DNA from: an uncultured Bacteroidales bacterium
GTDB lineage: Bacteria > Bacteroidota > Bacteroidia > Bacteroidales > FEN-979
DNA length: 64,000 nucleotides
Reading direction: 5' to 3'
Assembly (NCBI GenBank): GCA_903945175.1
Contig: CAJAUM010000128.1
Span: 4,459-68,458, forward strand
The notes below the pieces were generated by a model that had not been told where the DNA came from, did no database searches, and worked only from the letters and a program-made list of their open reading frames with translations. Of the stretch, positions 1 through 11,200 are shown piece after piece; positions within the stretch are counted from its first letter, which is position 1; every line of letters begins with the position of its first letter. Made by a program: the position numbers and the translations under genes.

Positions 1-161
1 TATTCGTTGTGCTTAATGGCGACGGGAAGCAATTGCATATCCAGGATTCCGGGATCCTTGAGCATTGCCAGGTCAAGGGCTATGATACGGCCAAGGTGGT
101 CACCTTTCTGAAGATGTGGACCCCAAAGGCGCTGGATCCGGCGACGTACCAGGTAAAGTGA
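1..161 (+). CDS. 3' end of an ORF truncated by the left window edge (possibly a thioredoxin-fold protein C-terminus)
   Basis: Open frame from nt 3 (FVVLNGDGKQLHIQDSGILEHCQVKGYDTAKVVTFLKMWTPKALDPATYQVK) ending at TGA 159-161. Only a weak resemblance to thioredoxin-like C-termini; too short for a firm call. Confidence 0.3.
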   Translation, partial: FVVLNGDGKQLHIQDSGILEHCQVKGYDTAKVVTFLKMWTPKALDPATYQVK

Positions 162-1481
162 TCAGAAAAAATAATACACCCCCAGTAAGATCCTGAGGTT
201 GCCGATCTCTTTCGAATCGGAGACATATCCCTTTGATGTGGTTTTTCCGTAGGCGGCTACCGTGTATTCCAGTTCACCGGCCAGCCTGAGTTTATTGATG
301 TTGTAAACCAGCCGGGGCGATATGCGGTAGGCGTAGTCAATATTGGCTCCACGGGCATAATAGGGACCGATGGCCTCTTCACTGCAGCCGAGATTTTTTC
401 CGAAGGCGATGAATAATCCGGGTTGCAACTTCAGCGAATTGGTATGAAATTCTGCCCAGGCCGCGAAGGACCGGACATTCACATAGTCGACAAAACCTTT
501 TTCGGCATCGGTGACCGACCTTACTGCAAACCCGCCAAGCATCGTATAGGCATTGTTATTCCCGCCATATTCAGCCCCTGCCTTGAGGGTGACCTGTTTC
601 AACTTCAGTTTTGCATAAAGGTTCCCGGCCAGGCTGCCCGACTTCGTGTTGACCTTGTACGATGAGGTCGTTGCATCATGATGAAAAACCAGGTTGTTGA
701 TCACGGTGTCATATGCCGGAGTCAGGGTGACCGAAGTCGATAACCGCGGGGTGAGCAGTTGGTAATTTATACCTGCGCCGATGATCAGTTCAGTTCCTTT
801 TTCATCATTTTTTGTCGCATACTGAACCTGGATGTCTGATTCAGGCAAAACGGAATTGCGCAGGTATTTTGCATTTGGACCGTCGGGGCCGTCACTGACA
901 AAGTCAACCTGTGATAGAACCGTCAGGGCAATCCTGACCTTCCCGATCGTTTGGGTCAGCTTGATTTGCGGGTTTCGGGAAAACACCACGAAAGGGGCGC
1001 CGGTATTAAAGGATACGGTTCCCGGTGAACATTCGGGCACAAACATGGGATGCCACCATTGACCGACCATCAGTTCCGTTTTTGGCCAGTTTAACTTTAC
1101 CCAGGCATGTCTTAACCTGAATGAGTTGATAGCAGGATTTACATTCCCGAAAAATTCCGCCTCGATGTAGCCTGAGGTTTTTGCTCCAAGTGCATCCGGT
1201 GCGGTTATGGATCCTGAAATCCGGGTTTGGATGGACAGGATATTGTAGTTGGCCTTGGCATTGATATCATTTCCTTCAGCATCGAGCTTTTCGTTCTCAG
1301 GGAACAATAAAAAATGACCTTCCCGGAGTCCGGCTGTCTGGCGTGTATCAAAAAAGAGGTCGGTTTTTACATACCCGTTAAAGGTGATGCCGAAAAGAGG
1401 CTTTTTTACCTCTACAGTTTGGGATAAAAGCATTGACGAGCAATGTAACATGAGGATCCATGGTAAAATCAACTTTTTCAT
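162..1481 (-). CDS. Putative outer-membrane beta-barrel porin
   Basis: 439 aa. N-terminal signal peptide (MKKLILPWILMLHCSSMLLSQ), alternating beta-strand-like pattern throughout, and a C-terminal aromatic residue (..GVYYFF) typical of OM barrels. Confidence 0.55.
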   Translation of the reverse strand: MKKLILPWILMLHCSSMLLSQTVEVKKPLFGITFNGYVKTDLFFDTRQTAGLREGHFLLFPENEKLDAEGNDINAKANYNILSIQTRISGSITAPDALGAKTSGYIEAEFFGNVNPAINSFRLRHAWVKLNWPKTELMVGQWWHPMFVPECSPGTVSFNTGAPFVVFSRNPQIKLTQTIGKVRIALTVLSQVDFVSDGPDGPNAKYLRNSVLPESDIQVQYATKNDEKGTELIIGAGINYQLLTPRLSTSVTLTPAYDTVINNLVFHHDATTSSYKVNTKSGSLAGNLYAKLKLKQVTLKAGAEYGGNNNAYTMLGGFAVRSVTDAEKGFVDYVNVRSFAAWAEFHTNSLKLQPGLFIAFGKNLGCSEEAIGPYYARGANIDYAYRISPRLVYNINKLRLAGELEYTVAAYGKTTSKGYVSDSKEIGNLRILLGVYYFF

Positions 1482-1631
1482 ATCTATTCAGATTTTCGCA
1501 ATGGATGCAAAGAAACAACTTTCTGACGACCTGAAAAACATCGAAAAAACGACTAATCGCGAAAAAATCCCTAAATACCGATCAGGATCATGCGCTTATC
1601 TAATTGTTTTTGTTATCATTGGTGCATAATA

Positions 1632-1639
1632 TATTTTTG
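1632..1639 (+). promoter_or_regulatory. Bacteroidota -7 promoter box TATTTTTG
   Basis: Matches the TAnnTTTG consensus. Lies 6 nt upstream of ATG 1646, so it implies either a leaderless mRNA or use of the next in-frame ATG at 1673. Confidence 0.35.
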
Positions 1640-1645
1640 AGTGCG

Positions 1646-4177
1646 ATGAAGCATTGTCGTCTGTCCCAATCTATGCGATCACTGGGTGGAATTCTTCCGG
1701 CTTGGCTTTTATATTGCTTTTTTACCATCGGATTGCAGGCACAAAATTCCAATATCAGGCTGGATTCTTCTTCGCTTTTAAGGAAAAACATTGAAGCAGT
1801 CCGTATTACCAATCCGCCTAAAATAGATGGCATCCTGAATGAGCCTTTTTGGAAATCACTTCCTGTTGCAGGCCAATTTGTTGAATACACCCCGCGCAAC
1901 GGAACCCATCCCACTTTCCCTACTGAAATCCGATTCGCCTATGATGACATGGCCCTCTATATCAGTGCCATTATGTTTGATCCTTCCCCGGATAGTATCC
2001 GCAGGGAACTTGGGCGACGAGACGAAATTGAACAGCTGGCCACCGATTATATTTCTTTCGACATCCTTCCCTACAATGACCAGTTAAACATGTATGAATT
2101 TAAGCTGAGCCCGCAAAACATCCAGGGCGATTGCAAGTATTCGGCAGTAGGGCAGGATTACAACTGGGATGCCGTTTGGGAAAGCGCCACCAGGGTCAAT
2201 GATTCCGGTTGGATTGCAGAGGTAAAAATACCCTATTCTGCCTTGCGCTTTCCGGAGGTGGAAAACCAGGTATGGGGAATCAACATGTGGCGCAATCTTT
2301 ACAGATATCAGGAATATTCAACCTGGAGTTTTGTCGACAATACAACCAATGAGATCTTCAGGTTTTATGGCACCGTTACAGGAATGAGAAACGTTGACGC
2401 CCCGTTGCGTCTCTCCTTTTCTCCCTATATCACGGGCTATATTGAAAAAGATCCCACAATTAAGAACTGGTCCTATTATGCGCGTGGAGGACTTGACCTG
2501 AAACTTGGCCTCAACGACAGTTATACACTCGACATGATGCTGATTCCCGATTTTGGCCAGGTACAATCGGATGACCAGATCCTCAACCTGAGCCCCTTTG
2601 AAGTACGTTATGATGAGAAACGGCAATTTTTCAGTGAGGGCACAGAGATGTTCAATAAATGCGGGATTTTTTATACCCGCCGGGTTGGAAGTGCACCAAG
2701 AAATTTTTATGCCCCCAATGATAGCGCCGGAAATAATGAAATTGTTTCCAAAAACCCTGAAGAAACCCGAATCATCAATGCAACCAAGGTTTCAGGAAGA
2801 AATGTCAAAGGCCTCGGCATTGGTTTATTCAACGGGATGACAACCAATACCTGGGGGATTCTTGAGGATACCATTACCGGCAATACACGCAGAATCATGA
2901 CCCAGCCATTTACAAACTATAATGTGCTGGTGTTCGATCAGAACCTCAAAAACAATTCATATGTAACACTCATTAACACCAATTATTGGATTCCGGATAA
3001 CAGTTTTAACGCCAACGTTACAGGAACAGAGGTAAAGTTGTGCAACAAGAAGAACACCTTTTCCTTTTTGGGCCGGCTGAATGTGAGTCAGAAATATCAG
3101 CTGCACAATAAACCTGATTTTGGACATCAGTATTTTTTATCGATATCCAAACCCAGTGGCAAATTTCAGTACACTTTAAGCCGTGAAGAGACCGGCAACA
3201 CCTATGATCCCAATGATATGGGATTCCTGCTGTATAACAATGAAGCATTTAACCATTTGGAATTATCATACAACATTTTTGAGCCAGTAGGTAAAATACT
3301 CACCTCATTCAATTCATTCACCACGGACTATGCCACCCTGTATAAACCAAACCTCTTCAAAACACTTCAATTCCAGATTACGAACAGCACAAAATTTGTC
3401 AATCAGTGGGTGAATACCACGGCCCTATATATACAACCATTGGGGTTTAATGATTACTATGAACCCAGGATCTGGGGATGGGTTTACAAAACACCCTTGA
3501 ACTATGGGCTATTCTGGCAGTTAGGGACAGACATCCGCAAGATGTTCCGATACCAGCAAACACTGCAAATCGGGAACTACCCGGGGAATAAAAATTTTAC
3601 CGTTTCTTTCGGTATTGCACCAAGGCTACGGATCAATGACCGGCTTTCGATCACGCTCAGTATCAATTATGAAAAGGATTTGAACAACAATGGATGGGTA
3701 AGCACAGTGTATGATTCAACCGGCAATCCGACCATTTATTTTGGCCGCCGGGACATCCAAACCTTTAATAACATCCTCAGTGCCAGGTATATATTTAACA
3801 ATAAAGCATCCTTAACCTTTCGCGCCCGACACTATTGGTCTCAGGCTGATTACCTTCAGTACTATACCCTCAATACAGATGGGGACCTTGATAACACCTC
3901 CTACAGTGAAAATGCAAATATAAACTTCAATGCATTTACTGTTGATCTGCAGTTTATTTGGTATTTTGCGCCTGGAAGCGAGCTGAGTTTTGTATGGAAG
4001 AACCTTATTCTGACGCAGGGAGATCAAATCAATTATAATTATTTTGATAATTTTAGCAAAACAATCAGTTCCCAACAGACAAATAGTTTTTCAATCAGGG
4101 TACTCTATTACCTCGATTATCTCCTATTGAAAAAAGCATTTTCAAAGAAGATCAAAAGCGACGAAACGGCCATATAG
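1646..4177 (+). CDS. CBM9-like / DUF5916 family secreted protein
   Basis: The ORF track gives 1604..4177, but the first ATG is at 1646 (alternative 1673, giving signal peptide MRSLGGILPAWLLYCFFTIGLQAQ). The N-terminal motif IDGILNEPFWKSLPVAGQFVEYTPRNG...IRFAYDDMALYISAIMFD is characteristic of carbohydrate-binding-family-9/DUF5916 proteins. The C-terminal half is long and rich in beta-strand pattern. Confidence 0.65.
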   Translation: MKHCRLSQSMRSLGGILPAWLLYCFFTIGLQAQNSNIRLDSSSLLRKNIEAVRITNPPKIDGILNEPFWKSLPVAGQFVEYTPRNGTHPTFPTEIRFAYDDMALYISAIMFDPSPDSIRRELGRRDEIEQLATDYISFDILPYNDQLNMYEFKLSPQNIQGDCKYSAVGQDYNWDAVWESATRVNDSGWIAEVKIPYSALRFPEVENQVWGINMWRNLYRYQEYSTWSFVDNTTNEIFRFYGTVTGMRNVDAPLRLSFSPYITGYIEKDPTIKNWSYYARGGLDLKLGLNDSYTLDMMLIPDFGQVQSDDQILNLSPFEVRYDEKRQFFSEGTEMFNKCGIFYTRRVGSAPRNFYAPNDSAGNNEIVSKNPEETRIINATKVSGRNVKGLGIGLFNGMTTNTWGILEDTITGNTRRIMTQPFTNYNVLVFDQNLKNNSYVTLINTNYWIPDNSFNANVTGTEVKLCNKKNTFSFLGRLNVSQKYQLHNKPDFGHQYFLSISKPSGKFQYTLSREETGNTYDPNDMGFLLYNNEAFNHLELSYNIFEPVGKILTSFNSFTTDYATLYKPNLFKTLQFQITNSTKFVNQWVNTTALYIQPLGFNDYYEPRIWGWVYKTPLNYGLFWQLGTDIRKMFRYQQTLQIGNYPGNKNFTVSFGIAPRLRINDRLSITLSINYEKDLNNNGWVSTVYDSTGNPTIYFGRRDIQTFNNILSARYIFNNKASLTFRARHYWSQADYLQYYTLNTDGDLDNTSYSENANINFNAFTVDLQFIWYFAPGSELSFVWKNLILTQGDQINYNYFDNFSKTISSQQTNSFSIRVLYYLDYLLLKKAFSKKIKSDETAI

Positions 4178-4203
4178 TGAAGGATTTTAAATTGCTATCT
4201 CCT

Positions 4204-6903
4204 ATGAATATCCACAAACTTAACAACATCTTTAATCCCCAGCGCATTGCACTCATCGGGGTCACAACAAACCCAAACAGCGTAAGTGGAAAGGTGTTGA
4301 TCAACCTTGTGAGTGGAGGATTTCGCGGTGTTGTTTATCCGGTAAACCCCGATAATGAGGCAATCATGGGAATCCCCTGTTATTCGAGCGTAAGTGTCCT
4401 TCCGAAAGTTCCCGATCTGGCTATTATCTGTACGGCCGCGGAGAAGGTATTGGCAGCCATAACAGCGTGTGGTGAATTTGGTATTCGTGGAATCATCATC
4501 ATGTCGGCCGGATTCAAGGAAGTTGGGGAAGAGGGAAAAAGAATGGAGGAGGAGATCAGGAGCGAAATCAGGAAATATGAAGGGATGAGGGCCATAGGTC
4601 CAAATTGTCTTGGAATAATAATTCCGGCGCTCAAGCTCAATGCATCCTTCGCAGCGGATATGCCCCGACAGGGTAATATTGCTTTCATATCCCAATCGGG
4701 GGCCTTGTGTACTTCGGTACTTGATTGGGCCATCGAAGGAAAAATCGGATTTTCACAATTTGTCTCTATCGGAAACAGCATCGATGTGGAATTTGGCGAT
4801 CTGATCGACTATTTTGGTGAAGATGAAAACACGCACTGCATCATTCTTTATATTGAATCGATTCAGAATCCCCGCAAATTCATGACTGCAGCCAGGGCAT
4901 TTGCCCGCAAAAAACCTATCATCGTATACAAAGCCGGAAGGTTTCCTGAATCGGCCCAGGTAGCTGCATCGCATACCGGAGCCATGGCCTCTGAAGATGC
5001 CGTGTATGATGCTGCGTTTCAACGCACTGGTCTGGCGAGGGTATATGAAATCGGTGATATTTTTAGTGTGGCGGAACTGATCGGACGCAATAAATTTCCA
5101 CAGGGTCCGCGATTGGGAATCGTGACAAATGCAGGCGGTCCCGGGGTGATGGCAACTGATGCCCTGATTGCCGCCAATGGTCTCCTCGCAGAACTCTCGG
5201 AAGAGACCATGAAGTTGCTGAACGAAAATCTTCCGGCGTACTGGTCCCATGGCAACCCGGTAGATGTGCTGGGAGATGCGCGTGCCAAGCGGATTGCCAA
5301 AGCCACGCAAATCGTGCTGGCCGATAGTGGGGTTGATGCGGTGTTGGTTATCCTGACCCCGCAGGCCATGACCAATCCCAATGCCACTGCAAAGGAGATC
5401 AGCGCACTGGTTGTCAGTTCCAGGAAACCAATATTGGCGGCCTGGCTTGGTGGAAAAAGTATGCATGAAGCTGACGATATTCTGGTTGAAAATGGAATTC
5501 CCTCCTATAAAACACCCGAGCAGGCCATCAGGGCATTCATGACCATGGTGGCATACAACCGCAACCTGGAAACACTCTACGAAACGCCCAAGGATATCCC
5601 GGTTGAATTCGCCCACGACCGGCAGTTATTACGTAATTCGTTCAAGGAGATGATCACTGGTCAGCCTGCCATTCTTGCTGAAAACATCTCCAAGACCATC
5701 CTTGAGGACTTTGGTATTTCTACTACCAAACCATTCCTGGCCTCCAAGGCAGAGGAGGCAATTATAATTGCCGAACGCATCGGTTATCCTGTGGTACTTA
5801 AAATTCAATCACCGGATATCACCCATAAATCAGATGTTGGAGGTGTTCAGTTAAATCTTGGAACTGAGAAGCTCGTCAGGGCGGCTTTTGAACGGATCAT
5901 GGAATCGGCTCAGTTAAAATGCCCGGAAGCCCGCATTGAGGGGGTGACGGTTCAAAAGATGGCTTCACACAAAGATTCGGTAGAGATGATTCTTGGCATT
6001 AAAAAGGACAAGGTATTCGGTACAGTTCTGATGGTAGGTATGGGAGGCATTACGGCTGAATTATTTGGCGACAAGGCACTTGGATTTCCACCATTAAACG
6101 AACGTCTGGCGCGCCACATGATCGAATCGCTCAAGATATATCCATTGTTAAAGGGTTATCGTGGGTCACCGCCAAAAAATGTTGATAAATTGATCCAGGT
6201 TTTGATACGCCTGTCATACCTTGCCGCAGATTATCCTGAAATTGCAGAACTCGACATCAACCCGCTCCTGGTGACCCCCGGGGATGTCATTGCCCTGGAT
6301 GCACGTATTGTTGTTGATTCGCAATCAGCATGGAGGGAGGATGATCCCTATTTTCATCTCGCCTTGCATCCGTATCCCGAAAAGTATGTAAAATCGACTG
6401 TGCTGCAGGATGGCACGGAGGTGTTATTGCGGCCGATTAAACCTGAAGATGAACCTTTATGGCTTGAAATGCTTGGCTCCTGCTCCAAAGAATCACTATA
6501 CAACCGGTTCAGGTATTTCTTTCATTGGAAAACCCATGAAGTGGCGACACGGTATTGCTACATTGATTATGACCGTGAAATAGCCATTGTGGCTGAAATC
6601 ATTGAAGATGGACACAAAAAACTGATCGGAGTGGGGCGCCTGGTTGCAGATCCGGATCATGAAACAGTTGAATATGCCATTTTAATTGCAGATGCATGGC
6701 AGCAAAAAGATCTTGGAAATATCATCACTGATTTTTGTCTCGAGGTGGCTGAAAAGGGGAACCTTAAGAAAATTGTGGCCCAAACCACGACCGACAACAA
6801 GCCGATGATCTCGGTTTTTCAAAAACGCGGCTTTGAAGTAAAGATAAATAACCAGGATTCAACGGTTGATGTCATGAAACTCTTGCCAAAGTTGAAAAAG
6901 TAG
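4204..6903 (+). CDS. ADP-forming acyl-CoA synthetase family protein fused to a C-terminal GNAT acetyltransferase (Pat-like architecture)
   Basis: The ORF track start at 4177 is GTG; ATG 4204 gives MNIHKLNNIFNPQRIALIGVT, a typical CoA-binding N-terminus. Contains a succinyl-CoA-ligase-like region with AASHTGAMAS, an ATP-grasp region (GYPVVLKIQSPDITHKSDVGGV), and a GNAT domain in the last ~170 aa. Confidence 0.85.
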   Translation: MNIHKLNNIFNPQRIALIGVTTNPNSVSGKVLINLVSGGFRGVVYPVNPDNEAIMGIPCYSSVSVLPKVPDLAIICTAAEKVLAAITACGEFGIRGIIIMSAGFKEVGEEGKRMEEEIRSEIRKYEGMRAIGPNCLGIIIPALKLNASFAADMPRQGNIAFISQSGALCTSVLDWAIEGKIGFSQFVSIGNSIDVEFGDLIDYFGEDENTHCIILYIESIQNPRKFMTAARAFARKKPIIVYKAGRFPESAQVAASHTGAMASEDAVYDAAFQRTGLARVYEIGDIFSVAELIGRNKFPQGPRLGIVTNAGGPGVMATDALIAANGLLAELSEETMKLLNENLPAYWSHGNPVDVLGDARAKRIAKATQIVLADSGVDAVLVILTPQAMTNPNATAKEISALVVSSRKPILAAWLGGKSMHEADDILVENGIPSYKTPEQAIRAFMTMVAYNRNLETLYETPKDIPVEFAHDRQLLRNSFKEMITGQPAILAENISKTILEDFGISTTKPFLASKAEEAIIIAERIGYPVVLKIQSPDITHKSDVGGVQLNLGTEKLVRAAFERIMESAQLKCPEARIEGVTVQKMASHKDSVEMILGIKKDKVFGTVLMVGMGGITAELFGDKALGFPPLNERLARHMIESLKIYPLLKGYRGSPPKNVDKLIQVLIRLSYLAADYPEIAELDINPLLVTPGDVIALDARIVVDSQSAWREDDPYFHLALHPYPEKYVKSTVLQDGTEVLLRPIKPEDEPLWLEMLGSCSKESLYNRFRYFFHWKTHEVATRYCYIDYDREIAIVAEIIEDGHKKLIGVGRLVADPDHETVEYAILIADAWQQKDLGNIITDFCLEVAEKGNLKKIVAQTTTDNKPMISVFQKRGFEVKINNQDSTVDVMKLLPKLKK

Positions 6904-6914
6904 ATGATAATTCG

Positions 6915-6922
6915 TATTTTTG
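6915..6922 (+). promoter_or_regulatory. -7 promoter box TATTTTTG upstream of the acyl-CoA dehydrogenase
   Basis: TAnnTTTG match in the 70-bp gap, 51 nt upstream of ATG 6974. Confidence 0.4.
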
Positions 6923-6973
6923 TCTTCATAATAATCCAAGTATTTTATAACTAATATTTTATACGCGAAAACC

Positions 6974-8116
6974 ATGAATTTTGAATTTACCGAAGAACAG
7001 ATCATGATTCAGCAATCAGCCCGGGATTATGCCCAGCGCGAACTGATAAAGGACGTTATTGAACGTGACGCCAAAGCCGAATTTCCAACCCATCACGTTA
7101 AGGCCCTTGCTGAACTTGGCTTTCTTGGGATGCTTGTGGACCCAAAATTTGATGGCGGAGGGATGGATACCGTCTCCTATGTTTTGGCCATGGAAGAAAT
7201 CTCAAAAATCGACAGTTCTGTTTCAGTGATCATGTCGGTGAATAATTCATTGGTTTGTTACGGAATTGAAGCCTTCGGGTCTGAAGAACAGAAGGAGAAA
7301 TGGCTTAAGCCACTTGCGCGCGGCGAAAAGATAGGCGCGTTCCTGCTTTCGGAGCCTGAGGCTGGCTCAGATGCCACATCTCAACGAACCACGGCCATCG
7401 ATAAGGGGGACCATTATCTGGTAAACGGTGTGAAAAATTGGATTACCAGCGGAAATTCAGCATCTACCTACGTACTTATTGCGCAAACGCATGTCGAGAA
7501 GGGCCATAAGGGAATCAACGCTTTTGTTGTTGACCGCCATTCACCTGGCATCACCCTGGGCCCCCATGAAGACAAGATGGGCATGCGCAGCAGTGATACA
7601 CACTCCGTGATGTTTACCGATGTGATTGTTCCAAAAGAAAACCGGCTGGGAGAGGATGGTTTTGGATTTAAATTTGCCATGAAGACCCTTGAGGGTGGAC
7701 GTATTGGCATAGCTGCCCAGGCCCTTGGCATTGCCCAGGGCGCGTTTGAGCGGGCGCTACAATATTCGAAGGAGCGAAAAACGTTTGGTACAGAAATTTT
7801 CAACCACCAGGCCATCGCCTTTAAACTGGCCGAGATGCACACCCGAATCGAAGCATCCCGCTATTTTTGCCTGAAATCTGCCTGGCTGAAGGACCAGGGA
7901 AAGCCCTATGGCACTGCCAGCGCCATGGCCAAATACTATGCTGCTGAAACTGCCATGTTCGTGACCACTGAAGCGGTACAAATCCATGGAGGATATGGTT
8001 ACGTGAAAGAGTATCATGTGGAGCGGCTGATGCGTGAAGCAAAACTGACCCAGATTTATGAAGGGACGAGTGAAATTCAACTCATGATCATATCAAGGGC
8101 GATTGCAAACATATAA
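6974..8116 (+). CDS. Acyl-CoA dehydrogenase (short-chain / butyryl-CoA dehydrogenase-like)
   Basis: 380 aa with full-length ACAD architecture: LSEPEAGSDA, GVKNWITSG, and the C-terminal catalytic-Glu context QIYEGTSEIQ. Confidence 0.9.
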   Translation: MNFEFTEEQIMIQQSARDYAQRELIKDVIERDAKAEFPTHHVKALAELGFLGMLVDPKFDGGGMDTVSYVLAMEEISKIDSSVSVIMSVNNSLVCYGIEAFGSEEQKEKWLKPLARGEKIGAFLLSEPEAGSDATSQRTTAIDKGDHYLVNGVKNWITSGNSASTYVLIAQTHVEKGHKGINAFVVDRHSPGITLGPHEDKMGMRSSDTHSVMFTDVIVPKENRLGEDGFGFKFAMKTLEGGRIGIAAQALGIAQGAFERALQYSKERKTFGTEIFNHQAIAFKLAEMHTRIEASRYFCLKSAWLKDQGKPYGTASAMAKYYAAETAMFVTTEAVQIHGGYGYVKEYHVERLMREAKLTQIYEGTSEIQLMIISRAIANI

Positions 8117-8204
8117 TGATGTGAGAATTTGAGAATATTGAGAAAAATATTTTATCCTCACATCTTAAAATCTTTACATCTTCAAATTTTCAAATTATTT
8201 TTCA

Positions 8205-11200
8205 ATGGATTCTCCTGAAGTTTATAAACCGCAAAATCATATTCGAATCGTTACTGCGGCTTCTTTGTTTGATGGTCACGATGCTGCCATCAATATCATG
8301 CGCCGGATCCTGCAGTCAAGCGGGGCTGAAGTCATCCATCTCGGCCACAACCGTTCTGTGCAGGAGGTGGTCGATTGTGCCATTCAGGAAGATGTCCAGG
8401 CCATTGCCATCACCTCCTACCAGGGTGGACACATGGAATATTTTAAATATATGCTCGACCTGCTGAAGGAGAGAAACTGCGGGCATATCAAGATTTTTGG
8501 CGGTGGCGGCGGAGTGATTTTACCCCAGGAAAGTGCAGCATTGCAGGAATATGGGATTGCACGGATCTATTCGCCCGACGATGGCCGTGAAATGACGCTT
8601 CAGGGAATGATCAACGACCTGTTAATGAAGTGTGATTTTCCCGTGGGGGATCAATCCGAATTTCATCTGGAAAAAATCAGGGACAAAGATTTCAAGGAAA
8701 TTGCCAGCTTGATTTCAGCTGCTGAAAATTATCCGGATAAAAGCAGGGCATTTTTCGAAAAAATTGAAAAGGAGGCTGCCAAAAAGAACATCCCTGTCCT
8801 TGGAATTACCGGGACAGGAGGCGCAGGCAAATCCTCTCTGGTTGATGAAATTGTACGAAGATTCCTGGCCGATCTCCAGGATAAAATGATCGCCATCATC
8901 TCCATCGACCCATCCAAACGTAAAACCGGAGGGGCCTTGCTTGGTGACCGGATCCGGATGAACGCCATCTTTAATCCGCGGGTCTACATGCGTTCCCTTG
9001 CCACCCGGCAATCGAACCTGGCCCTTTCGAAATATGTGAAAGATGCCATCAATGTTGCAAAAGCAGCTGCATTTGACCTGGTAATTGTTGAAACTTCGGG
9101 TATCGGGCAATCCGACACCGAAATCGTCGATCACAGCGATGTGACCCTCTATGTGATGACCCCGGAATATGGTGCAGCCAGCCAGCTTGAAAAAATCGAC
9201 ATGCTTGATTTTGCCGACCTTGTGGCGATCAACAAATTTGATAAACGCGGAGCGCTGGACGCTTTGCGCGACGTAAAGAAACAGTACCAGCGGAACCATA
9301 AATTCTTCGAGAAACCGGTTGAGGAGATGCCCATTTATGGTACTGTAGCATCGCAGTTTAACGATCCGGGTGTAAATGAACTTTACAGGGCGCTGATTCA
9401 AACAATCAAATCAAAGACCCTCATCGCCTTGCCAAGCAAGTTTAAATCCGGCATTGAAATGACGGAAAAGATTTTTATCATTCCACCTTCCCGTACACGT
9501 TACCTGACGGAAATTACAGAAACCGTTCACACCTACAATAGCTGGACTGCAACTCAGGCCAAGGTAGCCCAACAACTTTACAGCATCGCCCAAACCATTG
9601 AAACCCTCCGAACCAGTCCGATTGAAACCATCAAGGGAAATGACCCCGATAGCATACCACCCTGCAATAAAACCGGAATGCTTCTTGAGCTGGACATGTT
9701 TTTTGAGCAGACGTTGAAACGACTGGAACCCGCGAACTATGATATCCTGAAAAACTGGAATGAAAAGGTTAAATCGTATAAGGATGATATTTATATCTAT
9801 AAGGTCAGGGGTAAGGAGATAAAAGTTGAAACGCATACCGAGTCGCTTTCCAGGCTGCAGATCCCAAAAATTTCCATGCCACGTTATGAGGCTTGGGGGG
9901 ATATTCTGAAATGGAATCTACGAGAAAACGTACCGGGTGAATTCCCTTATGCTGCCGGCGTTTTTCCTTTCAAGCGTGAAGGTGAAGACCCAACGCGGAT
10001 GTTTGCCGGGGAAGGAGGACCTGAGCGTACCAACAAGCGCTTCCATTATGTATCCTTTGGAATGCCCTTTGTCAGGCTTTCAACGGCCTACGATTCCGTC
10101 ACACTGTACGGATTTGACCCGGGGGTCCGGCCAGATATTTATGGAAAGATCGGGAATGCCGGTGTTTCCATATCCTGCCTTGATGATGCGAAGAAGCTCT
10201 ATTCCGGCTTCGACCTTGTTAACCCGAACACTTCTGTTTCGATGACCATCAATGGTCCTGCGCCAACCATGGTCGGCTATTTTATGAATGCCGCCATCGA
10301 CCAGCAGTGCGAAAAATATATCCGGCAGCATGACATGGTTCAGGAGGTAGAGAAAAAAATTGCGGCTATCTACAAAAATGCAGACACACAACGGCCCTTT
10401 TACCAGGGTGATTTACCTAAAGGCAATGATGGTCTTGGCTTGATGTTGCTGGGCGTAACCGGTGACCAGGTTTTACCACCGTCGGTATATGAAAAGTTAA
10501 AAAAAGAGGCTCTCAGCCAGGTGCGCGGTACAGTGCAGGCAGATATTCTTAAGGAGGACCAGGCACAGAATACCTGTATATTCTCCATCGATTTTGCCTT
10601 GAAAATGATGGGCGATATACAACAGTATTTCAATGACAACAATGTACGGAACTTCTATTCCGTCTCCATCTCCGGGTATCATATTGCCGAAGCAGGCGCC
10701 AACCCTGTTTCCCAGCTTGCATTTACCCTGGCCAATGGATTTACTTACGTGGAATATTACGTATCCAGGGGCATGGATGTTAATAAATTTGCGCCAAATC
10801 TTTCCTTCTTTTTCTCCAATGGTGTTGATCCGGAATATTCGGTGATCGGACGGGTTGCCAGGCTCATCTGGGCCAAAGCAATGAAGTTCAAGTACAAAGC
10901 CGATGCGCGGTCGCAGATGCTGAAATATCATATCCAGACCTCAGGCAGGTCCCTGCATGCCCAGGAGATCGACTTTAATGATATCCGCACCACCTTGCAG
11001 GCCTTGTATGCCATTTATGACAATTGCAACTCGCTGCATACCAATGCGTATGACGAGGCAATTACCACGCCTACCGAAGAATCGGTCCGTCGTGCCATGG
11101 CCATCCAGATGATTATCAACAATGAACTGGGACTGGCAAAGAACCAGAATCCATTGCAAGGAGCCTTTATCATTGAAGAGCTTACAGACCTGGTAGAGGA

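Noticed and set aside
4753-5616. Long antisense ORFs inside well-supported genes (for example 287 aa at 4753-5616, 228 aa at 8715-9401, 221 aa at 36039-36704, and 160-166 aa ORFs at 4195-4695, 29137-29619, 41174-41659 and 45808-46290).
   Set aside because: They lie entirely within, and opposite to, genes with clear family motifs. Their translations are low-complexity or Arg/Gly/Pro-rich with no recognisable domains, and none has a promoter box. They are shadow ORFs.
8117-8204. Possible cobalamin riboswitch or terminator between the acyl-CoA dehydrogenase and the B12-dependent icmF. There is an 8-bp inverted repeat GATGTGAG (8118-8125) / CTCACATC (8157-8164) and ACATCTT direct repeats.
   Set aside because: The gap is only 88 bp, too short for a cobalamin riboswitch. 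The stem is short with a 31-nt loop and no U-tract. It may be a protein-binding site, but I cannot support any specific call.
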